Assembly (NCBI GenBank): GCA_030650395.1
Contig: JAUSDY010000128.1
Span: 13 to 64,012 of the forward strand
Direction: 5' to 3'
Length of the DNA: 64,000 bases
Source: Acidobacteriota bacterium
GTDB lineage: Bacteria > Acidobacteriota > Vicinamibacteria > Vicinamibacterales > UBA2999
Under the pieces are notes generated by a model, which saw only the letters and a list, made by a program, of their open reading frames with translations, was not told the origin of the DNA and ran no database searches. Both the position numbers and the translations under genes were made by a program. Numbering within the stretch: the stretch's first letter is position 1; every line of letters begins with the position of its first letter. This document shows positions 44,016 through 52,533 of the stretch, in pieces.

Positions 44016-46397
44016 GTGGAATCCGCACAACGCGTACTCGCTCCAGGCGAGACCGTCACGGCACGTGGCGAGCAGTGGCGTGTCTCTCATGCCGAGCAAT
44101 TCCCCGGGTGCGTGCTCGTCACGCTTGATGGCGTGGAGCACGCCAACGCGGGCGTGCGGTTCACGCTGATCGCGCCGTTCGACACGATCGCGACGGTTGC
44201 GCTGAAGAAGCCTCGCCGGCGGAAGAGGGACTCAACACTCCGGGCAGCGCTCGCGGCGATCGCCGGCGCGCGGCCGGCCCGCGGCATGTGGACCGTGGCA
44301 AAGGCCAGGGTCGATCTGCTTGCCTATCAATTGGAACCAGCGCTGGCCGTGCTTGGCGGTGCGACCCGGGTGCTCTTGGCCGACGGTGTCGGCCTCGGCA
44401 AGACGATTCAAGCCGGGTTGATCCTCTGCGAGCTTCGCGCGAGAGGTCTCGTCGATCGCGCACTGATCCTCACGCCAGCGGGTTTGCGCGACGCGTGGGC
44501 CGCGGAGCTGCGTGAGCGCTTTGGTCTTCAGCCGGCGGTGTTCGATCAATCGGCGATCGCCAATCAGCTGCCGGGACTGCCGGTTGGCTTCAATCCCTGG
44601 ATGGCGCACGCGATCGTGATCGCATCGATCGATCTCGTGAAGCGGCCGGAAGTGCTGGCCGCAGTCGAACAAGCGCCGTTCGATCTGCTGATCGCCGACG
44701 AGGCGCACCATCTCACGCCCGGGAGCGATCGCGGCTCCGCCGTCGATCGACTGGCGTCTCGAACCCCGTGGGTCGTCCTGGCATCCGCGACGCCGCATTC
44801 GGGCGATCAAGCTGCGTTCGATTACCTCACGCGACTCGGCGAGTGCGGCGATCGCATCGCGATCTTCCGGCGTACCCGCGCCGACGTCGGGCTCGGTTCA
44901 GGCCGGCGTGTCCATCTGCTTCCGGTGACACCGTCTTCACTCGAGATGCGGATGCTGAGCGGCGTCGAATCGTACGCGCGCGCGATCTGGCTGGGGCGCG
45001 GGAGGCACGACCGCGGCGCCCGGCTGGTCGCCATCCTGGTGGCCCGGCGGGCGGCGTCGAGCGCAATGGCGCTCGAGCGGACGCTGACGCGGCGCCTTCA
45101 CTTGATCTCAGGCCGGCACGACCCGGCGCCGGCGCAGCAGGCGCTTCCCTGGGACGATGCGGACGAGGCCGATGGTGACGCGCCCGCGGAACTATTAGGC
45201 CTTGCCGGACTGGACGATGGCGCCCGGGAGATCCGGCTGTTGGAGGATCTGATTGCCGTTGCCGCCGCGGCGAGGTCGAGCCCGACGAAGATTATCCGCG
45301 TTGCGCGCCTGATCGATCGCGTGCGCGAGCCGGTGCTGGTGTTCACCGAATACCGCGACACGCTCGACGCGCTGACCGAGGCGCTGTGCGGCACCCGCAA
45401 GATCGGTGCGCTGCACGGCGGCCTGCCGGCGGCGATGCGCGCCCGGATCGTGCGCGAGTTCAATCACGGCGGCCTCGATCTGCTGATTGCAACCGATACC
45501 GCCGGCGAGGGCCTCAACCTTCATCATCGCTGCCGTCTCGTCATCGACGTCGAGCTGCCGTGGAATCCGGTGCGCCTCGAACAGCGGATCGGCCGTGTCG
45601 ATCGCCTCGGCCAGCAACGGCGCGTGCACGCCATCCGCCTGCTTCACCGCGGCACGGTGGAAGACACCGTGCTGGCTCACCTCGAACGGCGCCGTCTGCG
45701 CGCGGGCGCCGCCCTGAATCTCACCACCGAAGAATGGCTGAACGAAGACGACATCGCCGCGGCGGCGCTGGGTCTCGTCGAACCGCCGCAACGCATCCGG
45801 CCGTTGTTGACGTCGGTGACCGTCGGCGCGGCCGGCGCAGAAGCGCAACGTCTCGTTCGCCAACGTGACGTGGCTAGTCGATGCGGCGCCAGGCCAGACC
45901 GCGCGTTGTGGAGCCCCACCCGTCATCGCTTCAACGCGTCCGCAGAAATGGTGGTGCTCTACACGCTGCAGCAACCTGGATCGCAGGGCCGAATCGCGGG
46001 TGCAGCATGCCGCGCGCTGCTGATCCAGATGCGCGGCGGCCCGGCCACGCGCCGCGACTGGCAGGCGTGGGTGAATCAATTGGACGAACAACTCGAGTCG
46101 TTGATCGCGACAGCCAGCATCAGCTACGCCCGTGATGTGGCCGCGCAGCTCGATCCGCTTCGCGTCAGTGCTGGTGGGCGAATTGACACCGCAAGAGATC
46201 GCCTGCGTCGATCATGGTTGAGCGAGCTGCAGGCGTCGCTGTTTGATGGGCGGGCCGAACGGCTCGCAGCCGCTCGCCAGCAAGCGCTCGATCGCCTGGA
46301 TGCCGCTTTGCTGCGCCGGGCCCTGTCGCTGACTCCCGCGCTACCCGGCGTCGCCGCGCGCCCGCGACTGATTGCGGTGTGGCCGCTCGAGAGATAG
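44016..46397 (+). CDS. SNF2/RapA-like superfamily 2 helicase/translocase
   Basis: Motif I ADGVGLGKT (nt about 44385), motif II LLIADEAHHL (about 44697), SATP, and the helicase C-terminal motifs ATDTAGEGLNL and WNPVRLEQRIGRVDRLGQ (about 45582). The N-terminal roughly 90 aa and the C-terminal roughly 230 aa are unassigned. GTG start. Confidence 0.9.
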   Translation: MESAQRVLAPGETVTARGEQWRVSHAEQFPGCVLVTLDGVEHANAGVRFTLIAPFDTIATVALKKPRRRKRDSTLRAALAAIAGARPARGMWTVAKARVDLLAYQLEPALAVLGGATRVLLADGVGLGKTIQAGLILCELRARGLVDRALILTPAGLRDAWAAELRERFGLQPAVFDQSAIANQLPGLPVGFNPWMAHAIVIASIDLVKRPEVLAAVEQAPFDLLIADEAHHLTPGSDRGSAVDRLASRTPWVVLASATPHSGDQAAFDYLTRLGECGDRIAIFRRTRADVGLGSGRRVHLLPVTPSSLEMRMLSGVESYARAIWLGRGRHDRGARLVAILVARRAASSAMALERTLTRRLHLISGRHDPAPAQQALPWDDADEADGDAPAELLGLAGLDDGAREIRLLEDLIAVAAAARSSPTKIIRVARLIDRVREPVLVFTEYRDTLDALTEALCGTRKIGALHGGLPAAMRARIVREFNHGGLDLLIATDTAGEGLNLHHRCRLVIDVELPWNPVRLEQRIGRVDRLGQQRRVHAIRLLHRGTVEDTVLAHLERRRLRAGAALNLTTEEWLNEDDIAAAALGLVEPPQRIRPLLTSVTVGAAGAEAQRLVRQRDVASRCGARPDRALWSPTRHRFNASAEMVVLYTLQQPGSQGRIAGAACRALLIQMRGGPATRRDWQAWVNQLDEQLESLIATASISYARDVAAQLDPLRVSAGGRIDTARDRLRRSWLSELQASLFDGRAERLAAARQQALDRLDAALLRRALSLTPALPGVAARPRLIAVWPLER

Positions 46398-46400
46398 ATC

Positions 46401-49400
46401 GTGATTCCGGGTCTTGGCGGCCGGCTGCTGTCGCACGCGTATGTCGAGCAGCAATTGCTGCCCGCGCTCGCCGCGTTGCCCGGCCACGCGGACGTCTCCG
46501 CTCTCGGGCGACAGCTGGCGCGCTGGTGGCGGCACGTCAAGGCGACGCTCGGCCCGGCATCGAGCGCTCGCGCCATTTGCGATGTTGCGGCCGCCTCGCT
46601 GCTCGAGATCCTCGGACATCAAATGCCGGCGATGGCGCCTCACGACTGGGGACTAGCTGGATCAATGGGTCGCTCCCCGATTGCGCTCGTTGTGCTGCCA
46701 TGGGCCAGCTCGCTCGATTCGTCGTGGACGCATGTGCTCCGCGCGGCCCTCGCCTGTGGCGCTCGCTGGGCCATGGTCACCAACGGCCACTCGCTCCGCA
46801 TCGTGGACTGCTCGCGAATCTGGACGCGGCAGGCGGTCGATTTCGATCTCGCCGCGCTGCTCAATCACGGCAGGGGTGTGGCGGCGCTCGTCGCACTCGC
46901 CGGCGCGCGGTCGACGCTCTCGACGTTCGTGGCGGAATCGGATCGCCATTCGGCCAGGGTCTGTCACTCGCTTGGCGACGGCGTGCTTGCCGCTCTCCCG
47001 CAGCTAACCGAATCGCTCGGCCGATCACCCAGTGCCTTCGAACAAGCGCTGACACTTGTTTATCGCGTCCTCTTTCTGCTCTTCGCCGAAGCGCGAGGGC
47101 TCGTGCCCGTTTGGAACGAGGTCTATCGCGATGCTTACACGATCGACGCGCTCTGCCGCCGCGTGACCGAGCGGCCCGGCGCGCCGGGCCTCTGGGCGTC
47201 ACTGCAGGCGATTTCGCGCATGGCGCACACCGGTTGTCGTGCCGGAGAGCTGACCGTCACACCGTTCAATGGCCGCCTGTTCTCGCCGCTTCATGCTCCG
47301 CTCGTCGAGCGGCGCGCGGTGCCCGACTCGATCGCCCAAACGGTGGTGCTGTCGCTGGCCACCGTGGAATCCGCAACCGGCCGCCACCGGATCGCGTACC
47401 ACGACCTTGGTGTCGAACAGCTCGGATCGGTCTACGAGCGCGTCCTGGAGCACGAGGTCGCGCGCACGCCCGCCTCGATCGTGCTCAGGAAGACCTCAGC
47501 CGAACGCAAATCGACCGGCAGCTTCTACACGCCGCGCTCGATCACCGAATTCGTGGTGCGACGCACGCTTCACCCGCTCGTCGATCTCAAGACCGCGGAC
47601 GAGATCCTGTCGCTGCGCGTCGTCGACCCGGCAATGGGAAGCGGGGCGTTCCTCGTGGCCGCGTGCCATTACCTCGCGGACCAGTGCGAACAGGCGCTGA
47701 TCCGCGACGGGTCGCGGCGCGCCGGCGAGATCACCACTGCGGATCGGATCGGCCTGCGCCGTCGGGTTGCCGAGCGGTGTCTGTACGGCGTGGATCTGAA
47801 CCCGACCGCTGTGCAGCTTGCGCGATTGTCGCTGTGGCTCACCACGCTGGCCTCCGATCGCCCGCTCACCTTTCTCGATCATCACCTGGCGGTGGGCGAC
47901 AGTTTGCTTGGCGCGCGCCTGTCGGATCTGGCGCGCTCTCCTGTCGCCGGCCCACCGTCGCGACGCCGCAACCTCGCTCCGCAGCTGCCGCTATTTGACG
48001 ACGATGTCGCGGGTGTGGCGCGGGAGGTCGTCTTGCCCGCGCGGATCCGGCTGGCACTCGAGCCGTCGGACACCCTCGACGCGGTGAAAGCGAAAGAACG
48101 GACGCTCGCCGCACTCGCGGCGACCAATGGCCCGTTCGCGAAATGGTCGGCGGCAGCCGACCTCTGGTGCGCGGCGTCGTTATGGCCCGGCGCACAACCG
48201 TCACCTGCCCTCGTGGCCGAAGGCCTCGCCGGCGTCCTGGGCGGGATCACGACGCTGCCGCGCGCCAAGCTTGCGGCGTGGATCGACGAAGCCTGCGCCA
48301 TCGCGCGCGCGCACGCCGTGTTCCATTGGGAGCTGGCGTTTCCGGAAGTGTTCTTCAACGCGGATGGACGGCCGCGTCCGCTCGGTGGGTTTGATGCGGT
48401 GATCGGCAACCCACCGTGGGACATGCTTCGCGCCGACACCGGATCGGCCGACGTGCGGCTGTCGGATCGATCGCGTACCGCTGCCCTGCTCCGGTTTTTC
48501 AGATCCTCCGGCACATACGCCTGCCAAGGCAGCGGACATGCCAATCGCTATCAGTTGTTTCTCGAGCGCGCCTGGCAACTGGCGAGACCCGGTGGGCGTT
48601 GGGGCCTGATTCTCCCGTCCGGCATCGCCACCGATCACGGCAGCTCGCTTCTGCGGAGACGGCTGTTCGACCGGTGCACCGTCGACACCTGGCTTGGCTT
48701 CGACAACCGCCACGCGATCTTCCCGATTCATCGCAGCGTGCGGTTCGTCTTGATGTCGGCGACCAACGGTGGTGCCACTGAGCGGCTCGATTTTCAATGC
48801 GGCTTGCAGAAGGCCGACGTCCTGGATCAGCTGCCGAGCGAGCCGCGCGAGAGCGCGGGGCACGGGGGGCTCTCCGTGTCTCGATCGAGGCTTGAATCCT
48901 GGGATCCCGAGCACCTGACAGTTCCCGAGATGTCCAGCCCGCAGGCACTTGGCATCTTCACCCGCGCCGCCGCCTCGCTGCCGCGACTGTCGTCGCCGGA
49001 AGCATGGGGCGCGAAGTTCGGCCGCGAGCTGAACGCCACCGACGACCGGCCGCACTTTGTCCCCTCGACTCGCGCGCTCCGCCGCTCGCTCGGGGCCAGC
49101 GGCACGTCTGGCGACGGGTTTCTGCCAATTGTCGAAGGCAAGCACCTGCAGCCGTTCCAGGTGATGCTCGATCACACCACCGCAAGCGTCCCGCGCGCGA
49201 CCGCCGCGAAGCTGATCGATCCGCGAACCAGCTTCGACCGCGAGCGTCTTGCCTATCGGGACATCGCGAGCGCCACCAACCGCGTGACGCTGATCGCCGC
49301 GTTGCTGCCGCGCAACACGCTCTCGACGCACACGGTGTTCTGCTTGAAGACCGCGCTCGACACCCGGGATCAGTGGTGCCTGCTCGCGCTTCTGAACAGC

Positions 49401-49733
49401 CTTCCTGCCAACTATCTGGTCAGGCTCAGCGTCACGACGCACGTGACGACGGCGCTGATGGCCCGTCTGCCAGTGCCGCGCCCATCGCGAACATCGGCGG
49501 CCTTCACCGAGCTCGTCACGCTGGCGCGCACGCTGGCTGAGAAGGGCATCGACGCCGCGCCCGAAGCGTACGCGCGGCTCAACGCGATCGCGGCAAACCT
49601 GTACGGACTAACGACCGAACAGTACGACCACGTCGTCGCCAGCTTCCCCCTCCTATCCCAGCAGCTCCGTGACCACTGCGTGACCGCATACCTGCATCAC
49701 ACAGAAACACAGAAGCACGGAAACACGGAATGA
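46401..49733 (+). CDS. Large N6-adenine DNA methyltransferase of the Eco57I/PglX/type IIG-like class, with a specificity-like C-terminal domain
   Basis: LFLLFAEARGLVP helical motif, GSFYTP, SAM motif I VVDPAMGSGAFLV (nt about 47619), FHWELAFPEVF and catalytic motif IV NPPW (nt 48408-48419). The C-terminal region has IVEGKHLQPF and YRDIASATNRVTLIAALLP. The start is 3 nt after the helicase stop. Confidence 0.88.
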   Translation: MIPGLGGRLLSHAYVEQQLLPALAALPGHADVSALGRQLARWWRHVKATLGPASSARAICDVAAASLLEILGHQMPAMAPHDWGLAGSMGRSPIALVVLPWASSLDSSWTHVLRAALACGARWAMVTNGHSLRIVDCSRIWTRQAVDFDLAALLNHGRGVAALVALAGARSTLSTFVAESDRHSARVCHSLGDGVLAALPQLTESLGRSPSAFEQALTLVYRVLFLLFAEARGLVPVWNEVYRDAYTIDALCRRVTERPGAPGLWASLQAISRMAHTGCRAGELTVTPFNGRLFSPLHAPLVERRAVPDSIAQTVVLSLATVESATGRHRIAYHDLGVEQLGSVYERVLEHEVARTPASIVLRKTSAERKSTGSFYTPRSITEFVVRRTLHPLVDLKTADEILSLRVVDPAMGSGAFLVAACHYLADQCEQALIRDGSRRAGEITTADRIGLRRRVAERCLYGVDLNPTAVQLARLSLWLTTLASDRPLTFLDHHLAVGDSLLGARLSDLARSPVAGPPSRRRNLAPQLPLFDDDVAGVAREVVLPARIRLALEPSDTLDAVKAKERTLAALAATNGPFAKWSAAADLWCAASLWPGAQPSPALVAEGLAGVLGGITTLPRAKLAAWIDEACAIARAHAVFHWELAFPEVFFNADGRPRPLGGFDAVIGNPPWDMLRADTGSADVRLSDRSRTAALLRFFRSSGTYACQGSGHANRYQLFLERAWQLARPGGRWGLILPSGIATDHGSSLLRRRLFDRCTVDTWLGFDNRHAIFPIHRSVRFVLMSATNGGATERLDFQCGLQKADVLDQLPSEPRESAGHGGLSVSRSRLESWDPEHLTVPEMSSPQALGIFTRAAASLPRLSSPEAWGAKFGRELNATDDRPHFVPSTRALRRSLGASGTSGDGFLPIVEGKHLQPFQVMLDHTTASVPRATAAKLIDPRTSFDRERLAYRDIASATNRVTLIAALLPRNTLSTHTVFCLKTALDTRDQWCLLALLNSLPANYLVRLSVTTHVTTALMARLPVPRPSRTSAAFTELVTLARTLAEKGIDAAPEAYARLNAIAANLYGLTTEQYDHVVASFPLLSQQLRDHCVTAYLHHTETQKHGNTE

Positions 49734-49737
49734 AAAG

Positions 49738-49800
49738 CCACAGGAGCGCCAGGAGATCAGGAGCCTATTTTTCTCCTGGTCTCCTGACCTCTTGTTTTGG
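49738..49800. terminator. Hairpin built from CAGGAGA words; bidirectional terminator candidate
   Basis: The core is CAGGAGATCAGGAG / CTCCTGGTCTCCTG. It follows the MTase TGA, and the panE stop (49765-49767) lies in the loop. T-runs flank it on both strands. It uses the same word family as 23597-23653. Confidence 0.6.
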
Positions 49801-50727
49801 TCCAGAGGCCCAGGGTTTCAGTACGGAGTAAAGCGTCGCGATGATCGGCGTGGGCAACCCGTGTTTCGTTGCGCGCCGGATCGCGGCACCTTGCAGCGCC
49901 TCGACCTCGATGCGCTTGCCTTGCTCGAGATCGATCAACAACGACGACCTCGTCGTCGGCGGGATGTTGTCCATGTACTCCTTCAGCGTGTCGAAGCGGT
50001 TCGGTGAGATCGTCACGCCCTCGGCCCGCGCGATGGCGGCGACCTCGCGCGAGCACGCGTAGAACATGTCCTGCGCGAGCGGGACCTTCCAGACCTGACC
50101 GATCGGCGCGCGCGCCGCGCCGGTGAAGCCGGAAAACGCGACGAGATACACGAACTTGTCCCAGATGGGCACGCGCGCGTCCGCCACGGGCGTGACCTGA
50201 ATGTCGGCTGTCGCCAGCACGTCGGCGATCGCCTGCACGCGCGGCGAGATCCGGCTCGTATCGCCAGACACCTCACCAAAGATGATCGAGCGGTGCACGC
50301 CGGTCTGAACGATCAGGCCCGGGCCTTCGAGCGCCGTGGCCACGTACGTCGTGCCGCCGAGCACGCGCGGCGGGCCCACCACGGCCGCCACCTCATCCAC
50401 ACTGTCGACACCGTTCTGCAGCGTCAGCACCACCGTCTCGGGACCCATCAACGGCGCCAGCATCGGCAGCGCCGTGAGGTTGTCGTAGGCCTTCACCGAC
50501 ACGATGGCGACGTCCACCGGCCCGACCTTGCCAGTGTCGCTCTCCGCCTGCGCACGCACGGTGAAATCGCCGAGCTTGGCGCTCCTCACCTCGAGGCCCT
50601 TCGCGCGGATCGCCTCCAAATGCGCGCCGCGCGCGATGAACGTGACGTCCTGCCCGGCGCGGGACAGTTTCGCGCCGAAGTAACCCCCGACCGCGCCTGA
50701 CCCCAGAATCGCAAATCGCATCCGCAA
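49765..50727 (-). CDS. panE: 2-dehydropantoate 2-reductase
   Basis: MRFAILGSGAVGGYFGAKLSRAGQDVTFIARG. The C-terminal ApbA-type domain has SSLLIDLEQGKRIEVE. Confidence 0.85.
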   Translation of the reverse strand: MRMRFAILGSGAVGGYFGAKLSRAGQDVTFIARGAHLEAIRAKGLEVRSAKLGDFTVRAQAESDTGKVGPVDVAIVSVKAYDNLTALPMLAPLMGPETVVLTLQNGVDSVDEVAAVVGPPRVLGGTTYVATALEGPGLIVQTGVHRSIIFGEVSGDTSRISPRVQAIADVLATADIQVTPVADARVPIWDKFVYLVAFSGFTGAARAPIGQVWKVPLAQDMFYACSREVAAIARAEGVTISPNRFDTLKEYMDNIPPTTRSSLLIDLEQGKRIEVEALQGAAIRRATKHGLPTPIIATLYSVLKPWASGPKQEVRRPGEK

Positions 50728-50780
50728 ATGCTGTCACGGAAAGCCGGATCGGCCCAAGTACAGGTGTTAGAATTCGGCCC

Positions 50781-52520
50781 ATGGCGGCCCGCCTCGTAGC
50801 CTATCTGGTGGCCTGCATCGTCGGCGTCACCCTGATCGCAGGCTTGATCGTCGGCGCGCAGCGCGAAGACGATGGCGCGGTCGATTTGATCGTCGTCAAT
50901 GCGCGGGTCTATGCCGGCGACGGCGCGTCTGAGCTCGCAGAGGCCGTGGCTGTGCGCGGCAACAAGGTGATCCGCGTCGGCACCAACAGCGAGATCCGGC
51001 GCCTGCGCCGCGCGCAGACCACGGTGATCGACGCAAAGGGCGGCGCCGTGCTGCCCGGCTTCAACGACGCGCACGCGCATTTCATCAGCGGCGGCCTGTC
51101 GCTCGATCAGGTCAACCTCCTCGAAGCCAAGACGCTGGATGAGGTCAGAGACACCGTGCGCGTGTGGGCGGAGTCGCATCCCGAACGCGAGTGGATCCTC
51201 GGCCGCGGCTGGTATTACCAGCCGTTCACCGGCGGCCTCCCGACGCGGCAGATCCTCGATGCGCTCGTGCCCGACCGCCCCGCGTATCTCACCGCTTACG
51301 ACGGCCACACCGGCTGGGCCAACACGCGCGCGCTCAAGCTCGCCGGGATCACCCGCCGCACGAAGAATCCCGCGAACGGAACCGTCGTGAAGGATCCGCG
51401 CACAGGCGAGCCCACCGGGGTGCTGAAGGAAAGCGCGATGCAACTGATGCGCGCCGCCTCGCCCCAACCGACGCGCGAAGACAAGGTGGCCGCCATTCGC
51501 GCCGGCCTCGAAGAGGCGCATCGCCTCGGCGTCACCAGCGTGCAGAATGCCGGCGGCTCCCCGGAGGACCTCGACCTCTACAACGAGCTTCGCAAGCGAG
51601 GCGAGCTGACGCTGCGCGTCTATCAGGCCTTGTCTGCGGATGCGTCGCTGACGGATGCCGATCTAGATCGCCTCGAGCAGGTGCGGACCAGGTTTGCGGA
51701 CGACCCGCTGCTGAAGACCGGCGCGGTCAAGCTGATGGCCGACGGCGTCATCGAAACGCATACCGCGGCGATGCTCGAGCCGTACGCCAACCGGCCGGAG
51801 ACGAAGGGCCACGCCAACTTCACACCCGAACAGCTCAACAAGGTGGTGGCCATGCTCGACCGCCGGGGCTGGCAGGTCATGACCCACGCGATCGGAGACG
51901 CGGCCGTTCGGATGGCGCTCGATGCGTACGAAGCGGCCGCGAAAACCAACGCCGCGCCTGAACGCGGCCGCCGCCACCGCATCGAACACATCGAGACCAT
52001 CGACCCCGCAGACATCAAGCGCTTCGGAGCGATCGGCGTCATCGCGTCGATGCAACCGTTGCACGGCTTGCCGAGCCCCGCCGGTGACGATGTGTGGAGC
52101 ACGAACATCGGCCCGGAGCGCGCGGCGCGCGGCTGGGTGTGGAACAGCATGGCCAGGGCCGGCGGCAAGCTCGCCTTCGGCAGCGACTGGCCGGTGGTGA
52201 CGATCGATCCACTGATGGGCCTGCACGTCGCCATCACCCGGACAAGGCTCGACGGCCTGCCGGAGGGCGGCTGGCTTCCGGCCGAACGCCTGCCGCTTCG
52301 GAAGGCCATCGACGCCTACACCCGGAACGCCGCGTGGGCGTCGTACGACGAGCTGCGTAAAGGTACCCTCAGCCGCGACATGCTGGCCGATCTCATCGTG
52401 CTTTCTGACGACATCTTCAACACGCCGCCGGGCCGGATCATCGACGCGCACGTCGTCGTGACGATCGTCGACGGCAAGGTCGTCTATCGCCGCGACGCTC
52501 CCGACACGACCACGCACTAG
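50781..52520 (+). CDS. Amidohydrolase-family metallohydrolase (YtcJ-like)
   Basis: GFNDAHAHF, HAIGD, HRIEH and FGSDWPV metal-ligand motifs. N-terminal TM anchor. Confidence 0.8.
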   Translation: MAARLVAYLVACIVGVTLIAGLIVGAQREDDGAVDLIVVNARVYAGDGASELAEAVAVRGNKVIRVGTNSEIRRLRRAQTTVIDAKGGAVLPGFNDAHAHFISGGLSLDQVNLLEAKTLDEVRDTVRVWAESHPEREWILGRGWYYQPFTGGLPTRQILDALVPDRPAYLTAYDGHTGWANTRALKLAGITRRTKNPANGTVVKDPRTGEPTGVLKESAMQLMRAASPQPTREDKVAAIRAGLEEAHRLGVTSVQNAGGSPEDLDLYNELRKRGELTLRVYQALSADASLTDADLDRLEQVRTRFADDPLLKTGAVKLMADGVIETHTAAMLEPYANRPETKGHANFTPEQLNKVVAMLDRRGWQVMTHAIGDAAVRMALDAYEAAAKTNAAPERGRRHRIEHIETIDPADIKRFGAIGVIASMQPLHGLPSPAGDDVWSTNIGPERAARGWVWNSMARAGGKLAFGSDWPVVTIDPLMGLHVAITRTRLDGLPEGGWLPAERLPLRKAIDAYTRNAAWASYDELRKGTLSRDMLADLIVLSDDIFNTPPGRIIDAHVVVTIVDGKVVYRRDAPDTTTH

Positions 52521-52533
52521 ACCCACAGGCGCG

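Noticed and set aside
41236-44028. A 930-aa ORF on the minus strand opposite the M14 peptidase gene
   Set aside because: This is a typical GC-rich shadow ORF. Its composition is Arg/Gly/Ala/Pro/His-dominated, I recognise no motif, and it fully overlaps a plus-strand gene that has a signal peptide and clear M14 motifs.
44016-49733. Calling the helicase/MTase pair a complete BREX or DISARM system
   Set aside because: PglZ, BrxC/PglY, BrxA, BrxL, DrmA, DrmB (DUF1998) and DrmC (PLD) are all absent from the window. Only the accessory-like pair is present, so it is reported as an unclassified candidate instead.
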